Assembly: GCA_010405405.1 (NCBI GenBank)
Contig: MU004235.1
Location: 1,068,538-1,132,537, forward strand
From: Microthyrium microscopicum
Taxonomy: Eukaryota
DNA length: 64,000 nucleotides
Direction: 5' to 3'
The notes below the pieces were generated by a model, which made no database searches, had not been told where the DNA came from, and saw nothing but the letters and a program-made list of their open reading frames with translations. Positions 13,004 to 23,367 of the stretch are shown here, one piece after another. Each line of letters starts with the position of its first letter. Within the stretch, counting starts at the first letter, position 1. Position numbers and translations under genes: made by a program.

Positions 13004-14791
13004 CTATTGGTAAGGCGGTGGCCCACCCGGATGCTGCTGATGCATCGTCGGTGTGTATCCATATTGCGGAGGCATCCCACCTGGGTATCCTGGCTGAGGA
13101 GGGTGGACTGGTGGTGCAGAACCATATCCATTGTAAGGAGGTTGCATGGGAGGCAGCGCATGATGCATTGGCGGAAGACCATGCTGCATGGGCGGAAGTC
13201 CCTGTTGCATTGGGGGAAGTCCCTGTTGCATATGTAATCCTTGTTGTATAGGCGGTAGTCCTTGATGAATTGGCAGAGATGCCATTGTCTGCTGATTCGT
13301 AAACTGCTGTGGGTGATGTGGTAGTCCTGCTTGGTAACCGTTTGGCGGTCCTGGAATTGGCGCTGAATATGGTGCGGGTGGAGGCATTTGATTACCATAT
13401 GGAGGGCTAGCTTGATTAGGTGGTGGGCTCAAGGGTGTCATGTTGGTGATGGTCTGAGCTGTAGCTGCTGCGGTGTTCTCGAGATGAATGGGCTTTGGCT
13501 GATCCAGATGATCGATTGATGCATCTGCAGAAGCTGCGTGTATGGGTTTAGGTGATAATGGGCTGGAAATAGGCTGGTGCGGTAAATTAGGACGCGATGC
13601 AAAGTTGACTGGCGGCGGAGCTTGGCTTGTATGATCCTGGCTGGGCAGTCCAAGAGGTGGTCCGGCAGGCTGTCCAGATGCTGGAAAAGCAGCTCCAGTC
13701 GGTTGGCCTGCAGGTGCGCTGCTAGATTTCAAGTCGGCGGGAAGCTCGGCTGGAAGTTCTATTGGCATGTCCGCAGGGAGCTCCGCTATGAAGGTATTGT
13801 GCTCCGTTTTCTGTGGTTCCGGAACCGACATCGGAGGAGTTGGAGGTACAGCAGTATTCAATGACGAAGAAGCGGTTGTTGGATATCCCGCAGACTGGGT
13901 AGTCGCCGGCGAAGGAGTTGGGTAGGATGTTTGATGCTCTGCTAATGGTTGAGTCGCGAGCGGCTTTCGCATTGGACTCATTGTATTTGGAAAAGCTTGG
14001 CCAGGAGTTGTAGACGTAGGCTGATTTGTTGCTCCCATAATCTTGTGCATGTCCAGTCCACTTGAAGCTGCTAGCCAGGATGGAGTTTGCGGAGAAGTAT
14101 TATGGAGGCCCATTGCCGTATGCCCAAGTACCCCATTCTCTTGACCCATCCCTTGGACTGGCGGGCTTGCTATTAGGGGAGCCGAGTAGTTCCCTGGTGT
14201 AGGGTTATGGGCAGCCATTCCAGGTGTACCTATTTGAGAAGGAGGAGGGAGTACAGGTGCCGCATGTGCTGGTGTTGCAGGACTCGCAGACCATGCCAAG
14301 GGACTGACTGGTGGTTGTGGAGCAGACGACGCGTCCCAATGTGCAAATTGCGGGGAAGACTGTTGATAAGGAGCCGTCGGAGGAGTATATGTTTGAGGAG
14401 CGCTATTAACGGGCGTTGGAGAAGAGAGCCCGCTCATGGGAGACGGAGCACTCTGGTATGGACTAGGAGGAGGATGGCCAGACTGGGCATGGTAGGCTGG
14501 ACTTGCATATGGATTTGGTGGTGCTACGGGCGCATAAGGAGAGGGAAGTTGTGGTTGCGAAAGGCTCTGGTGGTACTGAGGTTGTTGACCGGGCTGTTGG
14601 TTTTGAAATGGAGCATCTATGGGTTGTCCATACTGTGGTTGTCCCTGAGGTTGTACTTGTTGTTGCTGCTGTTGCTGGGTCCCAGGCGCGCCCGGTTTCT
14701 GGTACTCGTTCTTCGCGGCTTCAAAAACAGCCTTTCCAATATTAGACGCTTTGTTGGCAAAAGTTCCAGCCTTCTTGGTGAAGCGATCCAT
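13004..14791 (-). CDS. Pro/Gln-rich low-complexity protein of unknown function
   Basis: Uninterrupted ~595-codon ORF from MDRFTKKAG with P/Q/S-rich composition, FIAELPADMPIELPAELPA motifs and C-terminal QQGLPPM repeats. Confidence 0.8.
   Translation of the reverse strand: MDRFTKKAGTFANKASNIGKAVFEAAKNEYQKPGAPGTQQQQQQQVQPQGQPQYGQPIDAPFQNQQPGQQPQYHQSLSQPQLPSPYAPVAPPNPYASPAYHAQSGHPPPSPYQSAPSPMSGLSSPTPVNSAPQTYTPPTAPYQQSSPQFAHWDASSAPQPPVSPLAWSASPATPAHAAPVLPPPSQIGTPGMAAHNPTPGNYSAPLIASPPVQGMGQENGVLGHTAMGLHNTSPQTPSWLAASSGLDMHKIMGATNQPTSTTPGQAFPNTMSPMRKPLATQPLAEHQTSYPTPSPATTQSAGYPTTASSSLNTAVPPTPPMSVPEPQKTEHNTFIAELPADMPIELPAELPADLKSSSAPAGQPTGAAFPASGQPAGPPLGLPSQDHTSQAPPPVNFASRPNLPHQPISSPLSPKPIHAASADASIDHLDQPKPIHLENTAAATAQTITNMTPLSPPPNQASPPYGNQMPPPAPYSAPIPGPPNGYQAGLPHHPQQFTNQQTMASLPIHQGLPPIQQGLHMQQGLPPMQQGLPPMQHGLPPMHHALPPMQPPYNGYGSAPPVHPPQPGYPGGMPPQYGYTPTMHQQHPGGPPPYQ
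13139..13276 (-). repeat. Degenerate 21-bp coding tandem repeat (QQGLPPM heptads)
   Basis: Encodes IHQGLPP-IQQGLH-MQQGLPP-MQQGLPP-MQHGLPP-MHHALPP-MQ. The plus strand shows recurring gaagtccctgttgcat. Confidence 0.8.
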
Positions 14792-15138
14792 GATGTAGAC
14801 GGCAGTACTTCTCAGCAATTATATCATGAGAAAGACTTTGGAGATTCGAGTCCGGCACAAGAGGCATGAAGTTTCCAGGACACAAAGGAGAGGAGAATTT
14901 GCAGGAGGCCGACGTTGGGCCCAGATTTGGATCTCGTCTGAAGTTGGACTGGACTGAACTCGTGGAGGCTGAGTCTGGAAACAATGAGCGCCACTTGTAC
15001 CTGCCTAATCCAACCAAACACCAACCCAAAAAAAATATTATATATTCCGAATTCGACTCAACTGGCAAAACATAGACACAATTTCAAATTGCGTTGAGCA
15101 TTTCCACCATAGCTGATATTGCGCTCACCACGCCCGCC

Positions 15139-16407
15139 ATGGCCGAAACCAAAGTCGAAGCCTCAGACGCAGACATCCTCCTCGCCCAACGTCTCCTCTC
15201 CGCGTCCGCACGCCACGACATTCCCGTCCTCTCCATCCTTCTCAAAGACGCCTCTGCAAACGTGCGTGACCCAGCGACCGGCACATCCCCTCTCCACGCC
15301 GCAATCGAAGCCTGCGCCGAAAACAAATCCCTCGAACCCAGCGCAGTCAAAACCGTCCACCTCCTCCTCGAAAACGGCGCCATTTGGAACGATTTGAACA
15401 AAAAAGACGAAACACCCGGTTGCATCGCTCTTCGCCTAGGTCTAAAAGATGTCTACGACGAGATGGTCATGGCTGGTGTGCGTGCGGAATTACTCTTTGG
15501 ACGGATGAGTGCTCTCGGTTTGCAAGATGAGTCTGACGAAGAGACTACGGAGGGTGCAGAGGGCGAGGAGGCGGATGCAAAGCCAAAGACGTTGGCGGGG
15601 GATAATAACGTTTATCTGGCATCTACTCTTCGCTTCAACCCAACTATCATCCTAGACGAAGAAGATAATGCTGTAATGATGCAATGGGAGGACGCGATAA
15701 TGGCTCGCCATGCCGAAACACTGCTCCCGAACCCACCTGGTTTACGCATCATGAATGTTGGTCATGGCATGGGGATCGTTGATCGCGCCATCCAAGCAAG
15801 AAGTCCAGACGAGCATCATATCATTGAAGCGCATCCGCAAGTGTTGGCGCGTTTAAAGGAGCAAGGCTGGCATGAGAAGAAGGGCGTGACGGTACATGAA
15901 GGCCGTTGGCAGGATGTGTTACCAAAGTTGATGGAGAAGGGTGTGGTTCTGGATGCGATATACTACGACACGTTTGCCGAGGACTATGCGGCATTCAAGG
16001 AGTTTACTGACGGGATTATTCCGATACTGGATGAGGAGGGGAGATTTGGGTGGTATAATGGGCTGGGTGCGGATCGGCAGATTGTTTATGATGTTATGAC
16101 CAAGGTGAGTATTGCGTGTTTTGGGTTTGAAGGGAAGCTGACGGTGTGTTTAGGTTGCTGAGATGGATTTGTATGATGCTGGATTTGATACCAAGTGGGA
16201 GGACATTGGTAAGTTGAAATACATGCTGAGGTTGAGAGGAATACTGACGATAGGCAGCTGTTCCAGCAGATTTACACGGATCTGATCAATGGAACGGTAC
16301 TCGACGACCATACTGGCAAATCGACACCTATAGACTGCCTGTGGTATGTATCAACCCCGGATCCCAACGCGATATGCTAACCATATCAGAATACCTTTAT
16401 CCGTTGA
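15139..16407 (+). CDS. RMT2: Protein arginine N-methyltransferase 2 (ankyrin + SAM-dependent MTase)
   Basis: Ankyrin segment GTSPLHAAI...LLENGAIWNDL..ETPGCIA; NAVMMQWE, MNVGHGMGIVD, HHIIEAHP, IYYDTFAEDY, YNGLGADRQ. Introns at 16105-16153, 16209-16257 and 16344-16389; stop at 16407. Confidence 0.93.
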
Positions 16408-16874
16408 GGACTGAAGCAAAAGTTCAAATGAGTTTACGAATCGAAAGCATTACGCCAATAGAACATATACCCAGGACGAGGAATAGAGTCTGGTTTCAGA
16501 ACAGTCAGAATCAATGACATTAAGTTTGATGACCTGAAAGATCTGATGAACTAATCCTGCAGTTGACCAATGCCACATATAGAAAGATGATATAATACAC
16601 ATGCCAGTCTCGCTGATGCGCTATCAACAACGGCGCAACCATCCAATTAGTGCCGATTCCAAACGCCAAAAATGCAGAGAGGTGAGAGTGGTTTGTTCTT
16701 CACTTCGAGCCCAATCTCTGGCCCGATGCAAATGCTGGTATCGTACAAATCGCAAAATAGAGAAAGCCCGTCCATCTCGGACTGTGCTCGGGGCGCTCAC
16801 TTTTATACCAAAATCTTGAACGCCGAGAGCCATGCAACAACAACACACACAACAGAATCGACCTGTTAGTCAGC

Positions 16875-17884
16875 TTACCAGCGTGAGCTCAGCGCCCGTC
16901 GGCGTGGCGGACTTTTCTGACCGTCAGATCCTTTCGCACCTGCAGAGCTTGGCACTTCTGACTGAAGAAACGACTGAAGCGACTCTTTGCTGACAACCGT
17001 GTTTGTCTCTTCTTTGATGGAAATAGCAGCAAGGCGATCCTCAAGCTTCTCCACCACCTTCTTGATATCGAGTCCACTATCCATCCAACCTTGGATAGTC
17101 TCTTCCACGGCACTAGTCTCCACAGCTGGGACAAATGGGCGAACACACTTGTTGATGTAGCCTTCTGGAATGCCCTCTCCAAGAGCATCAATGATACCTT
17201 GGTTCATTTTGTACGAGTATGCGCGGAAGATGGTATCGGGGGAAGGAGTAACGTGGGTACGGTCGCAGTAGAACATGACGCGGACGCGCTTTCCGCGGCG
17301 CAGAATGTCGAGCTTGCCGGTTTGACCTTCCTTGCGCTGCCAGAGCTCGATTTCGGCTTCTTCTTTGACGTAGCAGTTTGGTACATCATCGAAGCGGTCC
17401 TGACTGGTTAGTATGTCTCATCCTGCCTGGAGAAGAAGTACTACTTACCATGTTGTTGACGTCCTCGTCAGTGAGCTCGTATACCATGCCGTAGGTGCGC
17501 TGGTTACTATCCGGTCGCAAGTCCTGGGAATGGTGGTCGCCAATGAGTGGGCCGAGCCATCTGGAGATATCGTCGTCGAGTTCTGGAGCTTTGGGTAGCT
17601 GGACTACGTTGGCATATCCCTTCTCGTTGATTTGCCATGACCAGTGTCTAAGACGGCCAATACCTGAGGTCCGGTGTTAGTCGCGAAGCTTCCCATCATT
17701 CCTTCTGCTTCAAGCAAGACTTACCGACGAATCTCGCATTTGGGCAGCGGATGGCGACTTGATGCTGCCATAAATTGGAGCCGTACCCAAAGTAGAGAGT
17801 TCCTGCGAAGCGAGGCGCAGGCGACGGACTCCGTGATGCGGAGCCGCGCAGGTCTTCGGGCAAGCTGAGATGTGGTATGGACAT
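16875..17884 (-). CDS. Gamma-glutamylcyclotransferase (GGCT/AIG2-like)
   Basis: LYFGYGSNLWQHQVAIRCP, then WQINEKGYANVV, YGMVYELT and Y..KMNQGIIDALGEGIPEGYINKCVRPF. Introns at ~17673-17724 and ~17401-17448. Confidence 0.85.
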
Positions 17885-18890
17885 GTTTGTATAGCTGTTC
17901 TTGAACGTTGAAGGTAGTAGTAGTTGATGAAATAGCTGTATAGAAAGCGTCAGGTAAGTTTGTTGATGGAAGAAGATGAAGAAAGAAGGTGTGTCAGATT
18001 AAGAGGCAAAGGAAAAGGCAACGTAGAAAAAAAGTTGGAAAGTCCGAATTGGTGAAGCAACAAAACCGAGCGCCAGAAAAGGGAGGAAGGCTGCACAAGG
18101 TTAAGGACAGAGCAGTAATTGGTCACTGCTTGCTTTCATTCAGTCGTGTTGCTGCTCTGATTGGACATGATCCCTGTCAATTAGAGAGCTCGGGGCTCCA
18201 GCCTCGCTCTCAGCCTCGCCGCTTCCATTCTGTGAGCCTGAGCCTGATCCCTTGGCTCCTCAAAAGGAATATAAGCTGACTTAGCTCGACTATCATTGCC
18301 AAATATATTTCTCTTTACTTCCTTTGTTCATAAAAAGCTTGAAGAGTACCATTAAACTCAACAGTTCCGGAGGTTTGGTTGAATTTGTCACAAACAGCAC
18401 ACTGATGTTTGAAATCCAGTCACACGCCCAGCGCTATTACCACTCCTTCAGACAGCCTCGGTGATCGTCAACTCGTCCACAAAAATAACTGGAATGATTT
18501 GTTCGAGTCATCGAGTATAATATCTGCCATTCGTGAAACTTTATTATCGAGCGCTTAAAATACTATAGCATAGGCCGAAACCTCGAAGTATTGTCTTATG
18601 CTAGCTACTTATGAATACCAAGGTTCTTTTCTTAACAAGCAACAAGACCATCATCGTTGACAGGGCGTAACTTTGTCTTATCCACTCGGTAAGTTTCAGC
18701 GTATCACCATGTTACGGGTTACGTGTTCCAAATCTGTGGATTCATTTTTGAGGCTGAGTAAATCAGGGCGAAATCATAAGTTGCACCTTTTCTATCAAAG
18801 ACGGGACATTTCAGCATCATGATACCACTATGATATTTGTGGGGCCGCTTCTCATTACAAAGAGTAATGATAGTACTTCATTGCTTCTCT

Positions 18891-19262
18891 TTATCCACTT
18901 ATCGACAAGATCATAGTGAGCTTGGAGCCCTCCTTGAGCCCGTAGTCTTCCGCTGTCTTGTCATGCTCCATAGGCTGTCCTTTCAGAATGAGGGTTTGCT
19001 GATATAGGGGAGTGTTGTTCGTCTTCTCATACAACTGCTTGATTTGCAGTACGGTAAAGTTGGGCTCGATGTTGAAATCGAACTCTTCTTCCAATACAAG
19101 GCGCTGGCTGTTGCAATTCGTTAGATTGATTTTACTCATATGTGTCGAAGGCTTACATTCTATACATTGTTAGTTTATTTTGATCTCGTTCATTTGGTGG
19201 AGAACAAGACAGGAAAACCATGTACCTGTAAAATGAGCGGGGAATACTTACTTGATGAGCAT
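18891..19262 (-). CDS. Divergent NEDD8/Rub1-like ubiquitin-fold protein (76 aa) ending in a single Gly
   Basis: Exons 19252-19262 (11 nt), 19157-19159 (3 nt) and 18891-19107 total 231 nt and give MLIKIQRLVLEEEFDFNIEPNFTVLQIKQLYEKTNNTPLYQQTLILKGQPMEHDKTAEDYGLKEGSKLTMILSISG*. Both introns have a GTAAG donor, a CTAAC branch and a YAG acceptor. Confidence 0.8.
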
Positions 19263-20249
19263 GATTGGTATAAGTATATGAATACTGTAGTTTGTACACA
19301 AGTTTTATGATGTTGAGAAGTTTGATTCAGTTGATATCTGATGAACTTGGCCTTATATATTCATTGCCTTCTAGGGTTGGTTGGTGGATCAGACCGCAGC
19401 AAATCCTACATCGACATATTCCGGATCCTTCATCAGGAAGTAGGATTCGATCTTCGGGCTGATATCTATTGACATACGTAGGGCATTGGACAAGTCAATA
19501 CCTGAACTTAGCCTCGTAGATTCATCTAGTGAGGATTATTTGATCTAGGTACGATGGGATTGTCTTCCGAGAACAGTAGGAGCTTCCAGCTGTGGTCACC
19601 TACTGCACTATACAATCGACTTTGTGGCTGAAGGTAGTATTAGGATCTAAGAAGTTCCGTGGACAACACCCAAGGCTGTGTGTGGGATGCGCGTGTTCAA
19701 CGAGGATGGGGCTCTAGTATCCATTCAGCCTTGTCTGGCAACCGGTGGACAATATAGCTGGTGTGCTCCCATCGAGTTCGATGGCTCCCACATGACATTC
19801 TTTATTTCCCATAAAGGGCGTTCATACTAGAACAGTTTATCGAACGCGATAAAAACATAGCATCACCCGGTTAGTAGCGTTCAAAGAAGCCATCAAAGTC
19901 GATGAGGGCATGCCAATTGTTCTGTCCATCGGTTGTCTGGCTTGCTATCAATCCTCTGAGAATCACATTGAACCAGCGCCCTGGTCAACCACTACTGTCA
20001 AAGCATGATCGAAAAGAGGGCATCAGATGCGAACAGAAATCTTTCACATTTGCGTACGCTTGATTGAAGGTTTCCAATCACACTCCAAGTTAAGAACGAT
20101 TTGACGATTGTGAGTAGGTTCGTTGTCTGCTCCTACATATGAATAACCCCTTCTAGTCCAGTTGCCTCCGATTCTTTGTTGTATTTCATGTCTCAAACTA
20201 GCTGGTGATGATCCATACTTTCTCAAGCCGTATGGGGATAATTTATGGC

Positions 20250-21060
20250 GATACAGAAGTTGACCTATCTCTTTGTGCTTGGTGATCAAAGCATAGTCTA
20301 CTGCGCTGAGTTCAGTACCAGTTTTTCAGAATATCAATATGTTTGGCTGTCAGAAGTTCCTTAACGACTGCAACATGTCGACCTTCGACTGCGTGAGAAA
20401 GTCCTGTCCTGCCGCGAGAATACATGTCATTGACAATAGATGAATCTGCTTTAAAAAGCATTACAACGCATTTATCATACCCGTTCTTGGCTGCGTATGA
20501 CAGTGCAGTTCGACCACCGCTGCACCTCAAGCCGAGCGAAGATCGATCCACTGCAATAAGTAGAGGGACGGTTCCGCCATACCCCTTTTCAGCTGCAGAG
20601 GACAATGCCGACCGTGAGAGGGTGACAACGATCGAACACAAGCCGGATTTGATACAAGAAGTTTAGCAACGATTTTATGGTGCCTATTCTCCGCTTCATA
20701 TGAGAGTGGTGTCCTGTTTTCCATAGATTTCGTCCAGCTTACACAGGCTGAATCTGTTGCAATTAGTCGTGTAGCGATAGCTATGTGTCCAGTTTGAGCT
20801 GCATGAGAAAGTGCTGTACGTTTTGCCTTATCCAAGATGTTGGCACGCGCGCCTATGGCGATGAGCCAGTCCAGAACTTGATCGCTTCCCCACTTGGATG
20901 CAGTTATCAGGAAAGTTTCGCCATTTTTGAACATGAGATTGACGCCTGCCATAGTCTCAAGCTTGAGTAGCAGGTCAACTGCTGGCAGAAAATTGGAATC
21001 TTGTAATGCTTTGCAAGATGACATATATAGTGGATATACTACGCCTGTGAAATGCTTCAA
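20250..21060 (-). pseudogene. Ankyrin-repeat gene, frameshifted/degenerate
   Basis: Successive ankyrin repeats (GETFLITASKWG, KRTALSHAAQTGH, NRTPLSYEAENRH | GRTALSYAAKNGY, GRTGLSHAVEGRH) are split over different frames near 20640, with a stop at 20312. No clear intron explains the shift. Confidence 0.65.
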
Positions 21061-21063
21061 GTA

Positions 21064-22705
21064 TTATGACTGCTGCCATGCGGATCCAAAATGATTATTT
21101 CTCCCCATTTCCGTATCATCATCGTCGTAATCGTCATCCGAGTTTTCTACCGAGCTGCCCGGTGTCACATCCTCCTCCGAATCGCCCAGAACCTCACTAG
21201 CACGAGCCCATTCGGCACTGTCATTGATATCAGGATGCATCATGGTTTCCACTTCCTCGTCCACCGTCTCAAGCTCGTCTTCCGTTGGCATAGGTTCCAG
21301 CTCGCGCATAGTCGTATCACTTGCGCCCGGAGTCAGCGGCGGTTCGCGTATATTGAATGCATCCCTGCTCTCCGGCTCGAAGAAGCCAACGGATTTGCCA
21401 TTGCTTGTGCCTGGTCGTGGCTGGACTTCTAGCACGTCTCCATTCCATGGTTTGCACTCTTTGACGATCTCGCCACAGCGTAGACATGTCCAGCCTTCGC
21501 CCTCCTCAGCCTCGATGCGTTGTGTGAGGCAAACAAAACAGTATATATCGCCACAAGGTATTGCTTCGTAAGGGTTGGTGATGTCGGTTTGTGCGCTTCC
21601 GACTACGCCGCCTCCTGCCATTGCTTCAATTGCTTCGCCTTCTCCGGTTGCGCCCACGGTGGGATTTAGATCGGAGTAGCAGATGGCACAAGTCCGTTCT
21701 GGTAGAAAGCCGAGTTCTCCACCTTTTTTATAGTCCTCGATATCTCCGTCTGTATTCCGCCCAAACATGCCTTTGACATAAACAACCATTTTTCTCCAGG
21801 ATCTGCCAATGATGCGTCGCCATCTTGATATGCCGACTAGAGGGAGTAGGAACAGTAAGAATTCGGTGAACGCGTGCCAAACGAGCTGCCTGTTAAGATA
21901 CTCGAATGATACCTCGCGAGTTGTATGGGCAGAGGCTGGGACAAGCCGTAGATGAAGTATCCGGTCCAATATAGTCCGATATCTTCCGTTGAAGAGAAAT
22001 GTGAGGAAAGAAGCGAGAGCTGTCATGCTGTGTAAAGTTGAAAGTGATCCTGTTATGCGGGAAAGCTTCCTTATCGATGGTGGTGGTGTTTCGTATCCAC
22101 CTTCTTGATCTAATAGATAATCTTCCCATTTTGTCCAGCCATATCGACCGAATACGGTAATGAGACCATAGACTGTTTTCTGCCAGGTTTTAGGTGGTGG
22201 CCGGGACAAGCTTTTATCTCGCGCATCGGTGTACCGGAGTCCTTGTAATGATGCGCCATAGGAGGCGTCGTGATCCCAGATGGACAACTTGAAGAGTATG
22301 GCGCGGAGGAGGAGGAGGATTTCGGCAGAGTAATCGGTTTGCAAATGAGTCTAGAGTACAATTTTAGTGCTGCTCATTCAATTTGGGTATATCAGAAAAG
22401 TGTACCCCGTGATATTTGAGAGCTTCCCCAACCTGACCTTTGAGCAGGTCGAGAAGCTCATCGTCAAGTAATTCGGCATCTACCTGGCCTACACGAAATG
22501 CCGGATGTGTCCCCTCGCGTCCTTTGATGTTGTCCCATAGTGAAAGACCCGCGTCGCTGATGCTTCGGAAGGGTAATGGTAAGCGCGATGTAGATATAGA
22601 TCGAGCGGCTTCTCGTTGTTGTATTCGAGCAATATTCCGGGCTTCAACTTGTTGGCGTCGCGCTGCTAAACGCGCCTGAGCAGCGGCGAAATCAGCAGCA
22701 GGCAT
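21064..22705 (-). CDS. PEX2: Peroxin-2, peroxisomal RING E3 ligase
   Basis: FRVGQVDAELLDDEL, REVSFEYLNRQLVWHAFTEFLLF, and RING CAIC...TNPYEAIPCGDIYCFVC...WTCLRC. Intron at 22351-22405. Confidence 0.95.
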
Positions 22706-23367
22706 GATAGAGTCCGCATCTGAAGGTTGAGGATGTCTGGCTGGTTGTGCTATTCTTGAAGGATATCAACCATCGCCTCCCATTAAGACCTCGGCTCCAG
22801 CTGCTGATGTTGGAGGCAGGAAAATGTGGTGGGACCCTAGCCCTATAAAATGTTAGGCATCATTTGCAATGAAGCCTTGTTGCCTGGTTGCAGATCACTG
22901 AATATCGAAACACGAGTTGATACCAACCAGATTCACACTGCTAGGTACCTAATGAGTTCGCGTGACAAAAGGCTGAGCTGTAAAGTACACTTGCTTGGAC
23001 TGGATGCTGGATACCCTTGCTTTAGCCAATAATTCTGTCCTGACTGTCAACTACCGAATCCAGGAACCACTCTCGCGGAACTCACTAACACTTCCACTCT
23101 CGCGGTACAAACTTCAGGCTGCTCACGACCCACATTTCGCTCTTTCACGTCCACGCCTACAATAGAAACACATACCTTTCTTATATTCTTGATCTCTCCC
23201 ATCTGCTAGAGAATTCTGATTGTGCTACCGGCCCATACATCTCCCAGAAAAGCATCCTCGTTGCGGTGTAGTGGTTCGCACTTGAAATCTTAGTGTATAC
23301 TACAATATACATGCCGCTCAACCTGCTCTGAACCCCGTTTCGTCAAACTGTAGCCCTTTTCTGAGCG

